Shown: piece by piece, positions 27,801 through 42,800 of the stretch
Layout: every line of letters begins with the position of its first letter
How positions within the stretch are numbered: position 1 is the first letter of the stretch
Assembly (NCBI GenBank): GCA_040954595.2
Contig: CM082578.2
Span: 13,546,304 to 13,610,303, forward strand
Length of the DNA stretch: 64,000 nucleotides
Direction of reading: 5' to 3'
DNA from: Balanoglossus misakiensis
Taxonomy: Eukaryota > Animalia > Hemichordata
Notes under the pieces: generated by a model
Seen by the model: only the letters and a program-made list of their open reading frames with translations
The model's database searches: none
What the model was told of the DNA's origin: nothing
Translations under genes and position numbers: made by a program

Positions 27801-30800
27801 AATATAGCCTAGTCTGCCTTTTTTGGCTCTCTCACAAATAAAGGTACATGTATCTATAGCAGTAGCGGTAGTGATGGTGAATCCACTGGTACGTCATCCC
27901 ATGTACCATAAGTTTAGTATGTGTGCTTTTGTGGTTCGAGTCTTTCTATAGCAGAACCAGGAAGAGACTGGATTACCGGAACATAATATCTGTAATATAA
28001 TGAGTTAATGTGTAGTGTGAAATATGTTTTGGAGATCACTTAAGGAACAAAGCCCTGTTTTCCATTATGAAGAACTGAACACTAGGTACTTCCATTACCA
28101 GTCAGCTTCAAGTGACAGATATTGGCAGGAAATAATATTGTAAAAATCAACCATCAATTTTCCACTAACAAAAATATCACTGAAACTGAAGGCTTGAATT
28201 TTCATGTAAATTAGATCAATAATGATTTCCGTGTTGAGTGTATCATACTCCATAACTTTTTCATGTATCTGATTTCACGTCAAAACTCAATCCTGTGATC
28301 CATGGTCTGTGTTTTAAAGATACTCTGACTCCACTTCCTTCTGTTGTGATACGATTACCATGGACATCCGACCCATTCTGAAACATCGAAAGAGGATTCT
28401 TTATATCAGAGCATCTCTTTGCCTGTTGGAAAAGGCCCATGGAAAGGAAATCCAATTTGATTCTGCAACTAATCATGTTGTGCTTCTGCAATGATCAGGT
28501 CAGATTCAACGTCAATCACCGGCAATTTGAAATTGAACTGCCATGGCAACCACTGTTTAAAGTATCACTTCTACATGCTGATCAGCATCTTGTCTGGTCA
28601 AGAAGTGTGGTATGAGTTTAAATTGAAAAGAGATATCCTTCTGTTTTTGATCTGAAGGTCTCATCTGAAAAAATATGGTTATTAAAATAGACATAAATGG
28701 TGGTTTAAATTAAAGATTGGATAGATATAGCAATGACGCAAACACATATTAACTTTCTCTTTTACTTGTGTAGAGAACTGCAATAAAACCCACCATTGTG
28801 GAATAATTTATTGTCGAGCTTAATACAAGATCTTATCTGGATGATGAGGTCACTTCAGGACACTTTTACTGATTAAATAAAGTCTCTAGAGAACACTTGG
28901 TGGTAATCTGATAAAAGATTGTGCTCAGGAATTGTTTACATTAGACACTGAGTGTGTCCAAATGTATTCTGATCTGTGTAATAGAAAAACCAGCAATGGC
29001 AGAACACAGAAATGACAGATTAACTTTTTCATGAAATGGGAATCTGTTATGCCTTGCTGTGCCCTCACAGAACAGGAGGCAAAAAGCCTGCAGTGATGTC
29101 ATAGTGATTGACAGCTTAGGAGCTGGACTAAGAATTCTCAGTATGGGTCACTCCAAGACATGATGGCGATGCCTGGGCATGTTCTTGAAAGTTCTCAACT
29201 ACGCAACTGCCTTGCAGGAACTGAGATATTCTGATTTGAAAGACTTTCAGAGACCGACGTTATTGACAGCTACATGTGAGCCCTCATGTCCATTACCCTG
29301 ATGTCTGATCTCATTAATAATTAATTATCAAGCCAGCATGCACAACTTATAACAGTCACTTGTGTCAGCTACAGTACAGCATAAATGGAAACAACTTTGC
29401 AAAGTTCATATAATGGCCAAAACAGGACAAGCGGTTGGCAACTTTCGAGGCACAGGAATGCTTTCCATTTGTTTGTAAATCTGACTGAGCAATTAGCAAT
29501 AAAAATATATCGTCATAAGCCAAATAACATGCCTTTCCAATCCAAGATAGCTGCGTTGTAAAAGCACACATTTTATCAAGCTCACTAGGTTGCCTGGCCC
29601 AGATATTCTGAGTTCCAGTAGCTTACTAGATAAACAGTATCTTTGATTACTCTGCCAGGGTCAAAGTGTATCCAAGAAATAGCACACATCATCAATCTGT
29701 TCGCAAATAGATATTTTGTCATTGCCGGAAAGGAGGTCTCTGACATGTGAAAATTCTCTAATGGCGGTTGATGTACATGGCGTTACATTAGCAGCTATCA
29801 GTGTCTCTGCCCTAGATGCACACATCCGTCATGTCAAAACTTGATAAACATCCTGGACAATCATCAATGCCTGCCTGGTCAGAATGAAATGAAAATGTAT
29901 TTTTCATTTTAAAAAATCTCAAAAGACAGTTTTGAAATAACGATAGTGGACCAGTTGTGTTGTTAACATTGTTAAAACACTTCTCTGGATTAAAAAAATG
30001 TAAGATTTAGTCCATGTCCATTTTTGATTGTATCTGAATTAATAGACTCGTAAATGTACAATGCATTGTGACCTCTACACCTGTATGCACTTGAATAGTC
30101 AAGTCCTCCACCTTGAGAAATACTTCACATGTGGGAGTCACTGAAGTTCAAGTCAAAAATTAGCAAATCTGAAGGTCATACACTTTTCCACCTACTCATC
30201 TCTTCTGATCCATGTTGAATGACTTGTTGCCGGTGCTAGATAGTTAAACAACACCCACTTCAGCAGGGTGTTGAAAAAAAAAGATTTTTTACATGCATGT
30301 TTGGATTCAGATGAAAGTCAACACTTATCCAAGTTTATTGTGACTCAGTCTGGTTGGCTGTTTTCTTGCCATGCATGTTTGACTTTCACACTGGAATGTA
30401 CATTTTGTAAACACCACACATGTTAAATTATGACCTCATGACAACATAGTGGCATCCCACTGAAGTCTGTCAGGGACGGTCAGAGGAGAAGTTATAGGGA
30501 ATTAAAAACAACCTATGTTGCAGTTGACAACTAAAATCTGCTGGGGCTCTTGACAGGATATAATCTCATTTCAATTTGTAAAAATTCATTATTAATATGG
30601 ATGGGGCCTTTATCTTAGTAGGGACTTTTACCAGGAGAAATATTTTATTTTTGTTGAGGGGAGCCATGAGCTGACTTTCAGCTTTGAGCTGCACACCAAA
30701 ATTACAACTGGACAGTGACAGAAATGAGATATTCATGAACCCTTGACAAAATCATTGGAAATATCATTAAGGAGTGAATGAATAGACGCTGCTTACCTGT

Positions 30801-33800
30801 TGCCGTGGTAACAGAAGTAGAGGAGATTAATGGCAGGACCATTTGATTAGGTCAATCTTGAATGATGCAATGAATTTCGTTACCATGACAATAGTGGTTT
30901 CAACACGACATGATACTGTAGCCATTGAGTAACTTGTAATCTTCTAACCCTGAAAAGGATGATTTTTGTCACCCATAGAGCAGGAATTTAGATTCTTACC
31001 AAGCTTGTAAAATTTAGGTTTTTGTTCTCATCTTTTAATAATGTTATGAATTTTTAGAAACCATGTAGTAAGATGACTCGAGTAGTCTAGTCTAGTAAGA
31101 GTGTGAAGATTTTACTCCCTGCCTTATCTTACGATCCTGAAAACACTTCAACACTGCCTTCTTATCACATGCACTGGACTTATCCCACATAAACTGGAGT
31201 GGAGTTCTTGTAATGTTTTTGTGACTGCACTAAAATAGAAATCAAATATAAAATGCGAGTTTGATTCAGAATGTGACAGTTGTAATATTATTCTATTCTC
31301 ATTAAAACATCATGACTTTCTGTTTCCTGAAATGTGCAGAAAATCATACATGTGATTAAGGTATGTGTGTCATCTTTTAAAATTTCAGTGTGATTTTTTT
31401 GGACATATGATGTATTTTCCTCCTTTTATGATATTAGATTTTTGTTGAGTGTAATGAGATCCAAGTAGTAATACCCAATTAGATCCTTTATTAGTCCATT
31501 GTGGTTGATAATAAATTATAATATGTTTTTTAATAAACACTGATTTGAATATGTTGATGGTTTTATAACGTACTACAGAAGTTAAACTTCTTAACAGTTG
31601 ACGAGATGATAATTTTTTTTATTCATTCTTACCAGATGTACTTGAGACATGGGTTGACTTCTCACTTCACATATCTCTTTCAGAAATGTCTTTTCCCCAT
31701 GATTTGTCCAAGTTTGGATGACTTTAATACTTTGCTTGGCAGCATCATTTCAGTTGATACTCTCTGTCATGTAACAGAGTTGCGAAGACCTACAAGTAAT
31801 GCAAGTCAATTACTCTGTGGATTGCTGTACCTTTGTTAGGTTTCTGTTGACAGTTATCATTGGTACCAGTACAGCAAGCTTGTTTTCCCAATACTCGTTT
31901 AATTTAGCTATCTTTTTCTGGTTTGATATTAATAGAATTGACCTTCAATTTCCGTCATGTTTATAGTTTCTGTTTTTATCACCTACAATGGCAAAATTAA
32001 ATAAATTAAAATTAGGACCGGGTCCTGGCTAAAATAATAATCAGGGAGGAATAGATTTGGTCAGTGTCCACACCTGATCGTACTACCTGACTTCATTTAC
32101 ATTGCTTTGACCTGTGTCGTACCAAAGTTCAATATGGCAGACTTGAACTACTGCACTCAGTTTCTACTAACGATTATAAAGACATCATATCCTTTTCAGT
32201 TCCTGCCCTTCTCCACCTTATGTCTTTTTATGGAAGTTGTCTGCAGACTGTGGTTGAAGGTAGATGTGTACTGATGCATGTGATGTTGGCGTGACAACCT
32301 TCCATTTGACCTGTGGTTATACTTCAATAGCTTTGAAGATGATCAGCTATTAGTTTATAGCTGTAAGCTTATTTCTGTTTGATGGAGGTTTATCTATCAA
32401 TGTTTATACAAAAAGCCTGCTTAGAGTTTTGGGATTAAACTTTGCGTGGGTTAAAAAGATACTCTGCTGATAGCTCTGATTCATTCAAACTTTTTCTGTA
32501 TACGTACATATATAAAAATGTCAACTTGTGTAAAAAGACACAGGTAAGTTTTCAAATACATGTACTGGCAGTGAATATACTGTATACAACATATATTTTA
32601 ACAAATTCGCAACTTGCAAGTGAAATATGGGTAACACCAATGAATTGATTGTAGATCAACTTTTGATCTGATCTTGAGATTTTGATCTGATCGTGTGAGA
32701 ATATCATGAACATTCGATTTACCCATGTTAGTGCCATGTGAGTAACCAACAAAATTTACAAGAAAATACAAATTTCTGAAGATTGGACACATAGCCACTA
32801 GCAGGGATGATCATGTGAATCAATGTCTTCCCATGGTCCCTCCACACTGTGTGGAGAGACCATGGTCTAGTATTTTTTAGAATGTGAATGCAGCATTTGG
32901 AATTTGGCCGTGGCATGTGGTATGTGACTCTTGAATTAGGCTTAACCAAAATGTTAAGAGGAGAAACGTCTACATGTAATTGAAACTTTTGCCAAGTATA
33001 CCAGGTAATGTCCTCAAACTGGAGTTACAACTAAGTACTAATTTTGAAAGTGAAAGTACCTGTGATGTATTCCAGTGACCTTTGAGTTTGAGAATTACTT
33101 TTTTGAAAAGAAACTCTGGCTTTTCAGTTTCATACTCCCCTGAGCCATCTTTTGATCTGTTGATGGTTGTGATCAATATTTAATGTTACCATGATAACCT
33201 GCTTGGCATTGTGCATTAAAATGCACATGGTTAGCTCATTTCTGCCCATTTAACTTTTTATTGATATACTGGTTGTCATAGCTACACGAACTGTAAAGAT
33301 GGAATAGTCTTTTTTTTATTACTGTAAATCTAATCATCATTCCCATGTGGTTGGAAATAGGCCATATAGGTTCTTGTCCTGCAACAACTCCCATTGCAGG
33401 GTATTAAACACTCAATTATGGTCAAATGTATTACTCTATAAATGTTTTAAGACATTGGTTACCTAATGCAATGTGACTAATGAGGACATGAAGGTAGCAA
33501 GGGGTTTACACGACATGAATAACAGATATTCCACCATTTCTACACATAAAGATGTCTACTTTGTCAAGTGGAGATCTTTATGTGTATATACAGTTCATCA
33601 GTCAAAAGTTATAATATTGGTAAGAGTTCCTTACAAAACGTGCATATTCTGCTGAATACATGTATTTGGCTGTGCACAGTATTTATTTTAAAAAGATGTT
33701 CATTTCATAATTTGCAAACATGACGATTTGATCAACATATAAACATACTGGTACACAGGAACACACCATGCCTGTACATGTATTCATATTCAAGCCATGA

Positions 33801-36800
33801 GCCAGTAGTTGCAAACGTGTTATTAAAATTAACATTTTAAACCCAGAGGAGGGATAAAATGAGCCATTTAGGAACTTGCAAATGGAAACAGCCAGACCTT
33901 TACTAACAACTAATAGCTTTTCCAGATGAGCCCGTGTGAGAAAGTTACAGGTGAAATTGATGTTTCGCCGACAGATAATAGTTGTTGAAAAGCTTCTAAT
34001 AGTGTGTACACATTCACACATTCAACTAATAGGGTTGGTTTACCTACTACACACTGTCATTGTCTGCATACTCAAGCCGACCAACTTTATTCAGGCAAGG
34101 TGTATCTGTGACAATCACACTTGCACGCAAACATCTATATTCTAAAGTCATTCACACACTTCTTCAGGTGCATTTGAGTTTTACCCAGAGAATGCGATTA
34201 ATCCAAAATACAAAACAGGTCCATCACATTTTTACTTGACTCTGAAATACTGCCAAGAAATAACGTCTGACATAAATTGCACTGTTTCTTTCTTCCGACA
34301 GCATGCAGCTGAACTCGAGAAGAAACAGAATGAAGCTGAAAGTAAAAAGTTGATGGGAAGTGTCATTCAGTATGGCAGTGTTGTACAGGTGAGAACACTG
34401 CTTGCCTTCTTATATTGAAATTAGTAGTCCCCCATATTTGGGTAAAATCCGAGTTTTATATCGTAGTGCATGCACCTGTTTCATACATAACTCCTTTTAA
34501 TAAATAGTCTTGTGGCTAGTTCTATCACACCTATTCTTTTTCTTCTACTACTAGTTTACTTATTTTAATTCCTCCCATGCAAATGGTTGTTAGAGATAAA
34601 CTAACAATTCAACTGGGGCCCCCTTGTAGAAAATCAAGATTCAGACAAATCGTCTCCCACCAAGGGAGAGCAGGGAGACATCATCTGAACAATTAGACGT
34701 CAATATGTGAGTGGTTGAAGTAAATCACATCATTGTCGGCACTTTGAATGAAGATAAAGTGTCTTTGCGGTGACATCTAAATTACCACAGAGCAGTGTGC
34801 TGCCAAGTTTGGTCAATTGTTATTAATGGCAATTTGTGACGGGATACTGGAGTGGGCAGTGTCACGTCCACTATCCCTGTCTCAAGGAAGATGAAATTTT
34901 CATTGCAGAAGTCCATCTCTCTCCTATATTCATGTTCAGTGTATTGCTCTCAGTCAGTGCAAAATATGTTGTTTTCTCCTTCAAATAAATCTTTGTGATT
35001 TCCTTCAATGTAGCTTCTTCACTTGAAGAGCAACAAGTACTTGACAGTCAACAAACGTCTACCTGCTCTGTTAGAGAAAAATGCCATGAGAGTTACGCTC
35101 GATGCCTCGGGTAATGAAGGTTCCTGGTTCTATGTGCAGCCGTTTTATAAGCTGAGATCGCCAGGAGACAATGTAAGTTATTTAATTGACATCCATCACT
35201 AGCATTGTCCAGACAACTCAGCTGATGGATCCAAACAGATGTTTGCCCAGCGACAAGGTACATGTACATTGTACTGAGTACTGGGCAAATTTTGAGGGAA
35301 TCAGTGACATTTAATTAAACAAGCACACATGGTCTGGTTTTATTTTTATAACAACAGATCTAAAGGCAGAATTGCAGTCAAGAAATGACATGATAATATT
35401 TAGAAATCTTATTTCTGTCCGAATGATCCCCTGCAGAAGTAAGACATTTTTGAAATGCCTTGCTGGACATACTTATGCCTAGAAGCAGCTATCACACTCT
35501 GGTAGAGTATGTGCTTGTAACTTAGTGGGGTGAAAATAAACGAGTGGTATTCCTCAGGGAAGATTTGATATTACATATATATGATCAGCATGCTGTATCA
35601 TGTTGAAGTAGAGAATTAAAGACTAATGTAAGAAATTGAAAACACTGATAAATGTTTGACTTTGCAGGTTGTAGTTGGAGATAAAGTAGTTTTGAATCCT
35701 GTCAATGCAGGTCAGCCATTACATGCCAGCAACTATGAACTCATTGACAATCCTGGATGTAAAGAGGTTAGTATTACATTCCCTGTACCCGTGTTTAACT
35801 GCTTTATTCTCTCCTATAAATGGTGAAAATAGATGCTCATTAAAATGATGAGAGTATTTTCCAAAAACCCTGTGTGCAAGATGTGCCCCACTGTCGTAGC
35901 TTGAAATAGAACCCTTGTGGTGGTTTGTGGGTAGATAATGATATGACACGATAAGGGGTTATCTGGGTTGTCTCTTGATGAGAAACAATGGAAAGTGACC
36001 TACCTTGTTAACTTTTTTAGAATGCTTATTTTACTAGTAACTGGGACGTATATGTACCAGCATGTTTATGTGTTGCTACATAATTTACTATCAGCAAATA
36101 TTTACTGGACTGACTCTAGTTCTAAATGCAGAGATCTAGGTTTGTGTGTTTATTTGTACAAATGGGAAACCTCTCCTATGTTGTATCTGTTTTGGTTTGT
36201 GTTGTACATAAGATTTTGGTATAATGTCTGCCAGCATAAGCTGTATTACGATGGATATGGACAACCACAAAGCTGATGAGAAATTTTAATATTTTTGTAT
36301 GCGTGTTCTCATCACCTTTCTTGCAAACACGTAAACAACCTTTTGAATTTTGCTGTTACATAGGAAGAATTTGTACTGTCTGTTATAGCCTTAAAGGAAA
36401 ACATTAACATGCATATGGTTTCCATGGTTACATAATGCAGTAATATTACACTGGTTACTGAGCAAAAATACGTCATTTGTATCACCATGGAAACAATTAT
36501 TTATCTTCCTTTTTGCGCAATTATAAAATATCTTTTGCTCGAATTGCTGATTATGCTATAATAATGTTCTCATTTTTGTGCAGGTCAATGCGGTTAATTC
36601 TAACACGTGTTGGAAAATCACGTTGTTTATGGAACATAAAGAAAATATTGAAGAAATTTTGAAAGGGGTAAGTGATTCCAATGTAATCATGGTCTAGGAC
36701 TTTAAACTAGATCCATGTAATTCTAGGTCAATTTGATTGAATTAACACATCCTGACCCAAAGGGTAGTTTCTACCAAGCATTTCCCTTGTAGCAATGCCG

Positions 36801-39800
36801 TTCCAAAATTAGCATGCCTTTTAAATATTATTTTATGTTGATGGTTGGTGATGCAGGGAACAGAGAACCATTGACCTTTCAACATTTCAAGTGCGAGTTT
36901 CTTGTAAACTTCTTCTCAAGGGAAAAAAAAGCAGCAGTAGTAGAGGATTTTATTCAGTGTTTTGCCAGTCATGGTTGAGCAACTGTTGATTGAAGATTGA
37001 AGATCCCAATGTCAGGAAAAGCACTTTGAGATAAAAGGAATCACCATGGATTCAGCTCAGTAATTGTAGACGGATGTTATCAGCTTGTAATTCTGTGAAC
37101 CTGAGACAGAAATTGTAATAGTCGTCTCATCCCCAAGGGCTTACTTCCCAGCCCTGGATGTTTCACAGTTTTTGAGATAAGAACCATAACTTGGCCCACA
37201 GAGAATTAATAACACAAATCTCTGATCATGGAATTTATATTGAATTTTATGGCAATATTCATGCCACACTGGAACAGCTTACTTCTCATTTATGATCACT
37301 GAAATGAAATATGTAAATTAATGTATCTTTCATATTAAAAACAGATAAACTAGTCCTTTTTTAGTAGAAAATGAAATTAAGGTTTCAAATTTTAATAACT
37401 TTAATCCAATTGAAGTGTCAGCCTCAGATAATCCCTTTATTGAACATTTCCATGTCAAGGTTGGAGTGAGCCATCTCGTGGATCATTGCTCTGATAAGGA
37501 ACTATTGAAATTGAATATCACCTGTCAGTAAACAAGATATTTTTGTGATGATTTGACATGCAGAGACCCTGTTTGAAATAATGTGAACTTCATCAACAAT
37601 ACTGTGGTGTAACATGTTTCCCATGGGTGGACGTGCATGTAATCTGTGAAATGACAGTAGATTTCATGTGCAGTAACTACTACTGAGGAATTTATGGCAG
37701 AAAAGTCAATTACAGGTCAATGTTATGTCCATGAAGTACAAGGTCAAACATTGATATTAATCTAAGATGCTTATCTTTATGTTTGAGAAAGGAGTTATGA
37801 GCTGTGCAGTCTGTTGAAAACCTGGCCTCTAACTACATGTATGGTACATAGCATATAAAATCTGATTTGAAACCTGCCTCTCCTCCAAGGGAAGTGTTAT
37901 TATATGTGTACAGATCCTTTTATATCATGTTAGTGTTTAGGCTGTTTTGTTACTCCGTCACTCCTATGTAGGCAGTTGATTCTGCCATGTGGGAGTGTTG
38001 TGGGTGTGCGTGCTGTATGGACTTGTCCCATAACAAACCCCTTTTGCTGACAATTCATTTCCCGTTCTTTGTCATTCCAGGGAGATGTAGTAAGACTCTT
38101 CCACGCAGAACAGGAAAAGTTTCTGACCAGTGACGATTATAAAAAGAAATCCTTTGTGTACTTAAGAGTAACAGCCAGACAGAGTGCTACTTCAGCTACC
38201 AGCTCCAAGGCATTGTGGGAAGTAGAGGTCAGTTACCTTTTGTCTTTATACACACAAGGAATGATTCTGTTAATGATTTGCCAAAATTCTGTACATTACA
38301 ACAATGTCTACAACACTCACCTTTAGGAGCGTTCACTGGCCTGTTTGAATGCTTGTAATAAATGCTAACATGGTAGATGACATTTCTTTGGGGGATTAGA
38401 AGAAGGGCATTACGACCAGTTTGCAAAAAAGGTGATAATTTTACAAAGGAAGTACCGGTACTACATTTTATTGATTCACTGTTCCTAGGTGCCGTCAGAA
38501 TTCTCTGATAAAACTATAGAGGGTGCTCTCGATTCAGTTTTTTTTTTTTCAAACCAGGCACTTGTTGTTTGTTGCAATAATTGGCATCAGCCAGTGCCAT
38601 CCCATTCCATAATAATTGATTACAAGAATAAAAGGGAAATGAAATTGTGGTGTTTATTGACAGGTGGTTCAACATGATCCGTGCCGTGGTGGGGCTGGAC
38701 ACTGGAATAGTTTGTTTCGCTTCAAACATTTGGCTACTGGGCAGTACCTTGCAGCAGAGGTAAGTTGCGAGAAAACCCAGTGTACAGTTTTGTTATATTG
38801 AATGCAAATCGAATAGGGTTAAAGATGAGTGAAGTGATTGATTAGTGGTGAGGTGTCGTGTGACCACTTTTGGGTGGGTTATTCAAACCAATCTTTTCTC
38901 TACTACATCCACATCAGGTTGACCATGATCCCCAGCAGGATGTGACTCGGGAGAAATTGCGAGGACCTCAGGGAAGTGTTGTGTATCACTTAGTGCCTGT
39001 ACCGCACGGTCATGACATTGCATCTATATTTGAACTTGATGCCACAACTCTACAAAGGGGAGATTCTCTTGTTCCCCGGTAAGTCAGCACTTATAGCACT
39101 GCAATCTCTCTCAGACTCTCAGAATGAAAGTTCTGTTTCAGCTATATCAGTGTTGTACTTGTAACATCTTACTTCTAAAGGCTGAGATATTTTCATGTCT
39201 GTGTTTGATAACTGTAATCTGTATCATGTTTCCAGGAATTCTTACGTACGACTCAGACACTTGTGTACCAACACATGGGTACACAGTACACAAATAGCAT
39301 GTGACAAAGGTGAAGAGAAACCTGTCATGTTGAAGGTCAGTACTTTTAGGATTTGTGCATTTAACAGTTTCACGTATCAGAGATAAATGTTACGTGATGA
39401 TGTGAGTCAGATGCAAGGTTTGACGACCAAAATGGAAGATGCATCGATCTGAGGGTAGCAGTTACGCGGGGGATACGGGGAACTAACTGGGAAAAACTGA
39501 TTGGTGTATCTCTAGAGGGCGCTGTATCAGTTCATCTCTCATTAAACTTCAAGATAATCATCCCTTATTGTGATTTTTCACATGCTAGGTTGGTACTGCT
39601 GCAATAAGAGAAGATAAGGAAGCCTTTGCCATTGTACCAGTTGCTGCCAGTGAAGTCAGAGATCTAGATTTTGCCAATGATGCCAGTAAAGTTCTTTCCT
39701 CGATTTCCAGTAAGATGGAGAAATCATCAATAACACAGAATGAAAGACGGTAAAAATGGACAGCTTGTAGACATCTTAGCTTTGTTGTCAGTGTTGCTCT

Positions 39801-42800
39801 TCATAGTTGGCATCAGCAAGAGTTGTTCAATAACTTTTACAAAAACGATCCTGATTTTTGTTGTGAACTCACAATTAAGTCTCTATTGCAAGATGGAGGG
39901 ATTATAGATTCCTGTCACATCACTTAACTTTGCCTTGTCATTGACTTTCAACAGATTTGTAACTCAGCTTCTAACAGACCTGGTGTTCTTTGTGGCTGAA
40001 CAACCCAACAATGGTGGAGACCCACTTGCTGTTGTCCTCTCCAATCCGAACAGAGACAGACAGAAACTACTCAGAGAACAGGATATTCTGAAAAATGTGA
40101 GTCCAGATCTGTCATGTCGTGTTTCATGTTGACTTGAATTGAATTGTAATTGATTACTTGTTAGTGTTACAGAAAAAAAACTAATTGTATGGACCCATTT
40201 AATACATACTGGTATTTGATGGTATTGATGAATGAGGTTAACATTATATAACACATGATCTTAGAAGGGATTTCTGTCACAGGACATGATAACATAATAA
40301 TCATTATTTTCAACTTCTACTTCTTATGATATTGTAGATATTCAAGTTATTGAAGGCACCATTTTCAGAAAGTGGTGAAGGACCACTTTTGAGCATGGAT
40401 GAATTGTCAGATCAGAGACATGCTCCACTCAGACACATGTTTAGATTATGCTACAGGATTATAAGACTCTCCCAACAAGATTACAGGAAAAATCAGGTGA
40501 GTTTTATATTTTGTGTTGTATTAAACTTTCTAAGGTGGCCAATTTTACCGTCATTAATATGAATTCAGACTTTCCTTGAAATGATCAGCATACCAACGAA
40601 CATGATTGCTTTTTGCATTTTGACAGCGGTCCACTGAGAATGTCTGTGTGTTAGTAGTAGTCTTTAACATTGGCTTATTTTTGAGCTAATTCAGGATAGA
40701 GAGATTACAACCAGTTGATTGATTTTCACAGGAATATGTGGCCAAGCAGTTTGGCTTCATGCAGAAACAGATAGGTTATGATGTGCTGGCTGAAGATACC
40801 ATCACAGCTCTTCTACATAACAACAGAAAACTACTGGAGAAACACATCACCTCAGCAGAAATTGAGACGTTTGTTAGCCTTGTGCGCAAGAGTAAGGAAT
40901 GCAGGTGAGTGTGTTTGTAAAGTTGTGGATACAATGTAGACATGCATATCATTGTGCAGATTTGTTGGGATAACAGAGATTGGTCAAACTGAAAAGAACA
41001 GAGAGTGAGAGATTTCACTGGCACATAAATTCATCATAGTGACACATAAATGATGATGATGATAGTACTGAAAAAGGTGTTGGAAATCTGTCGAAGCAGA
41101 CCTTTGCACTGTTCACCGTTTTCCAAGATTTGACATTTTGGGGGTTAATTAACAAGAGTGACTGTATATCAGGTTTGCTTTCATTTTGGAGATGACTAAC
41201 TTGGCTTGTGTACATGTATGTATCCTGTGCTATGATTGGTCAAATAAGTGTGACGTGATGTGCATCATTTTTATGCTGATACATGCAACAAGCGTGTTAT
41301 TGGTTAACAATTTTCGAACAGTTGTGACAACTTACCTGTTTGTAACAGATGATTAACCAGGCTAATGTTTATGCTATGTGCAACATGAACATGCTTTGGC
41401 CACATAGAAATCATGTAGCTATACATGCAGCATGCTTTGTTCATATTTTATCTGAAGGACGTCATTGCTTCTGATTTACTGTGCACTTCTACTATCCATG
41501 CAACTTTGCATAGTCATTACCCTGCCTGCATTTCTACACAGAAATTAGAAAAAAAAGACAGCAACAAATTGGATGTATATGTGTTTTGTTGAATGAGACA
41601 CCCCATACATTTGTAGTAGTCACTTTGGCAGTCTTGTGTATGTACTTATGCTAAAGAAGACACTCTTTGTTTGCTTTAGGTTATACTTACTTGCAAACCC
41701 AGCAACTGCACTTCTATACAGAATTCCATAGGTTCACACAAGTGACTGATGATACGGTATCTGCACAGCTTCTGTTGATATGAATATTTATGAAGTAAAC
41801 ATGCATTCAAAAGATTTGCAAAACTAAATACAGTATGTAACTCTTTAGAGCAGTTCCAGAATACATAAGACTGATTTGTGCTGCATGTGCATTTGTTTGG
41901 TAAGAGTGGCATTTGTGTTGCCATCTAACACTAACAAGAGAAAAACTGTTATGACAGATGTCAACGACAGAATTGCCAGAAATATTAATAATTTTGTGCA
42001 AACTGCAGCTTTAGAAAATAACATAGAAAATTTGAATATGGAATCACAAAAATTAAAGATGACTTCAGAGTGTTAAACGTTGGGCTTTTGTCCAATTTTA
42101 ACACTGGGTCAACAAAGCAGAAAGATATTCTACCTTCACACTTCTATTCACAGGATTTGACGGCTCTCCAAATCAAATGCTGACATTATTTTATATGCTG
42201 CACTTCCATAAGTGATGTGTGATATTATCTTCCTGTCATGTGTAATCCATACCCCCATACTGAATCTTGCCAGAAAGGTCATGTCACCGAATTCACAGGT
42301 TTCCCAAATGTAGACGTTTAAAAATTCTTTCTGGTTACCAGTCATATGAGGTGTGTGCATCTGGTTGGTCTGAAGCTCAACTGAAATTTGTATAAAGAAG
42401 GCCATCCCAATAAAAAATACATACCAGTAGTGTTGGCAAATAAGGAGAGGAAGATGGGGTACACATGTAATAAAAACCATCTGATTTGCTTCATCTGTTT
42501 CAGAACCCGGTCCAGTTTCTCTGGTGTGCGTTCAGGCGATTTCAGGTGTGATGTATGCCCATATCAATATTCAATGCAAGATCCATCTTCTTTCGCTTAA
42601 TTTCAATATTTTTTTTCCTACATTTCTTTGAGCTTAACATACATGTACATTGCTTAGCCAACAATCACAAAAATGTACTCACATTTCATTTTCATGCTGT
42701 TTCTTAGTAGCCTGGCCTAACTTTTTTTCTATTTTTAACTCTTCCTGTGTTCCTCATATAGATTCATGAGTTTACCCACACACACAAAAATATTTTTTTG

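Noticed and set aside
19122-34301. Nested gene or ncRNA in the 15-kb ITPR intron
   Set aside because: Only short motif-less ORFs; no tRNA, snoRNA or transposase recognisable by eye. An Infernal scan would be needed to exclude ncRNAs.
38760-38917. SI-type alternative exon of ITPR1
   Set aside because: The intron at this position is only 158 nt and has no suitable in-frame exon.
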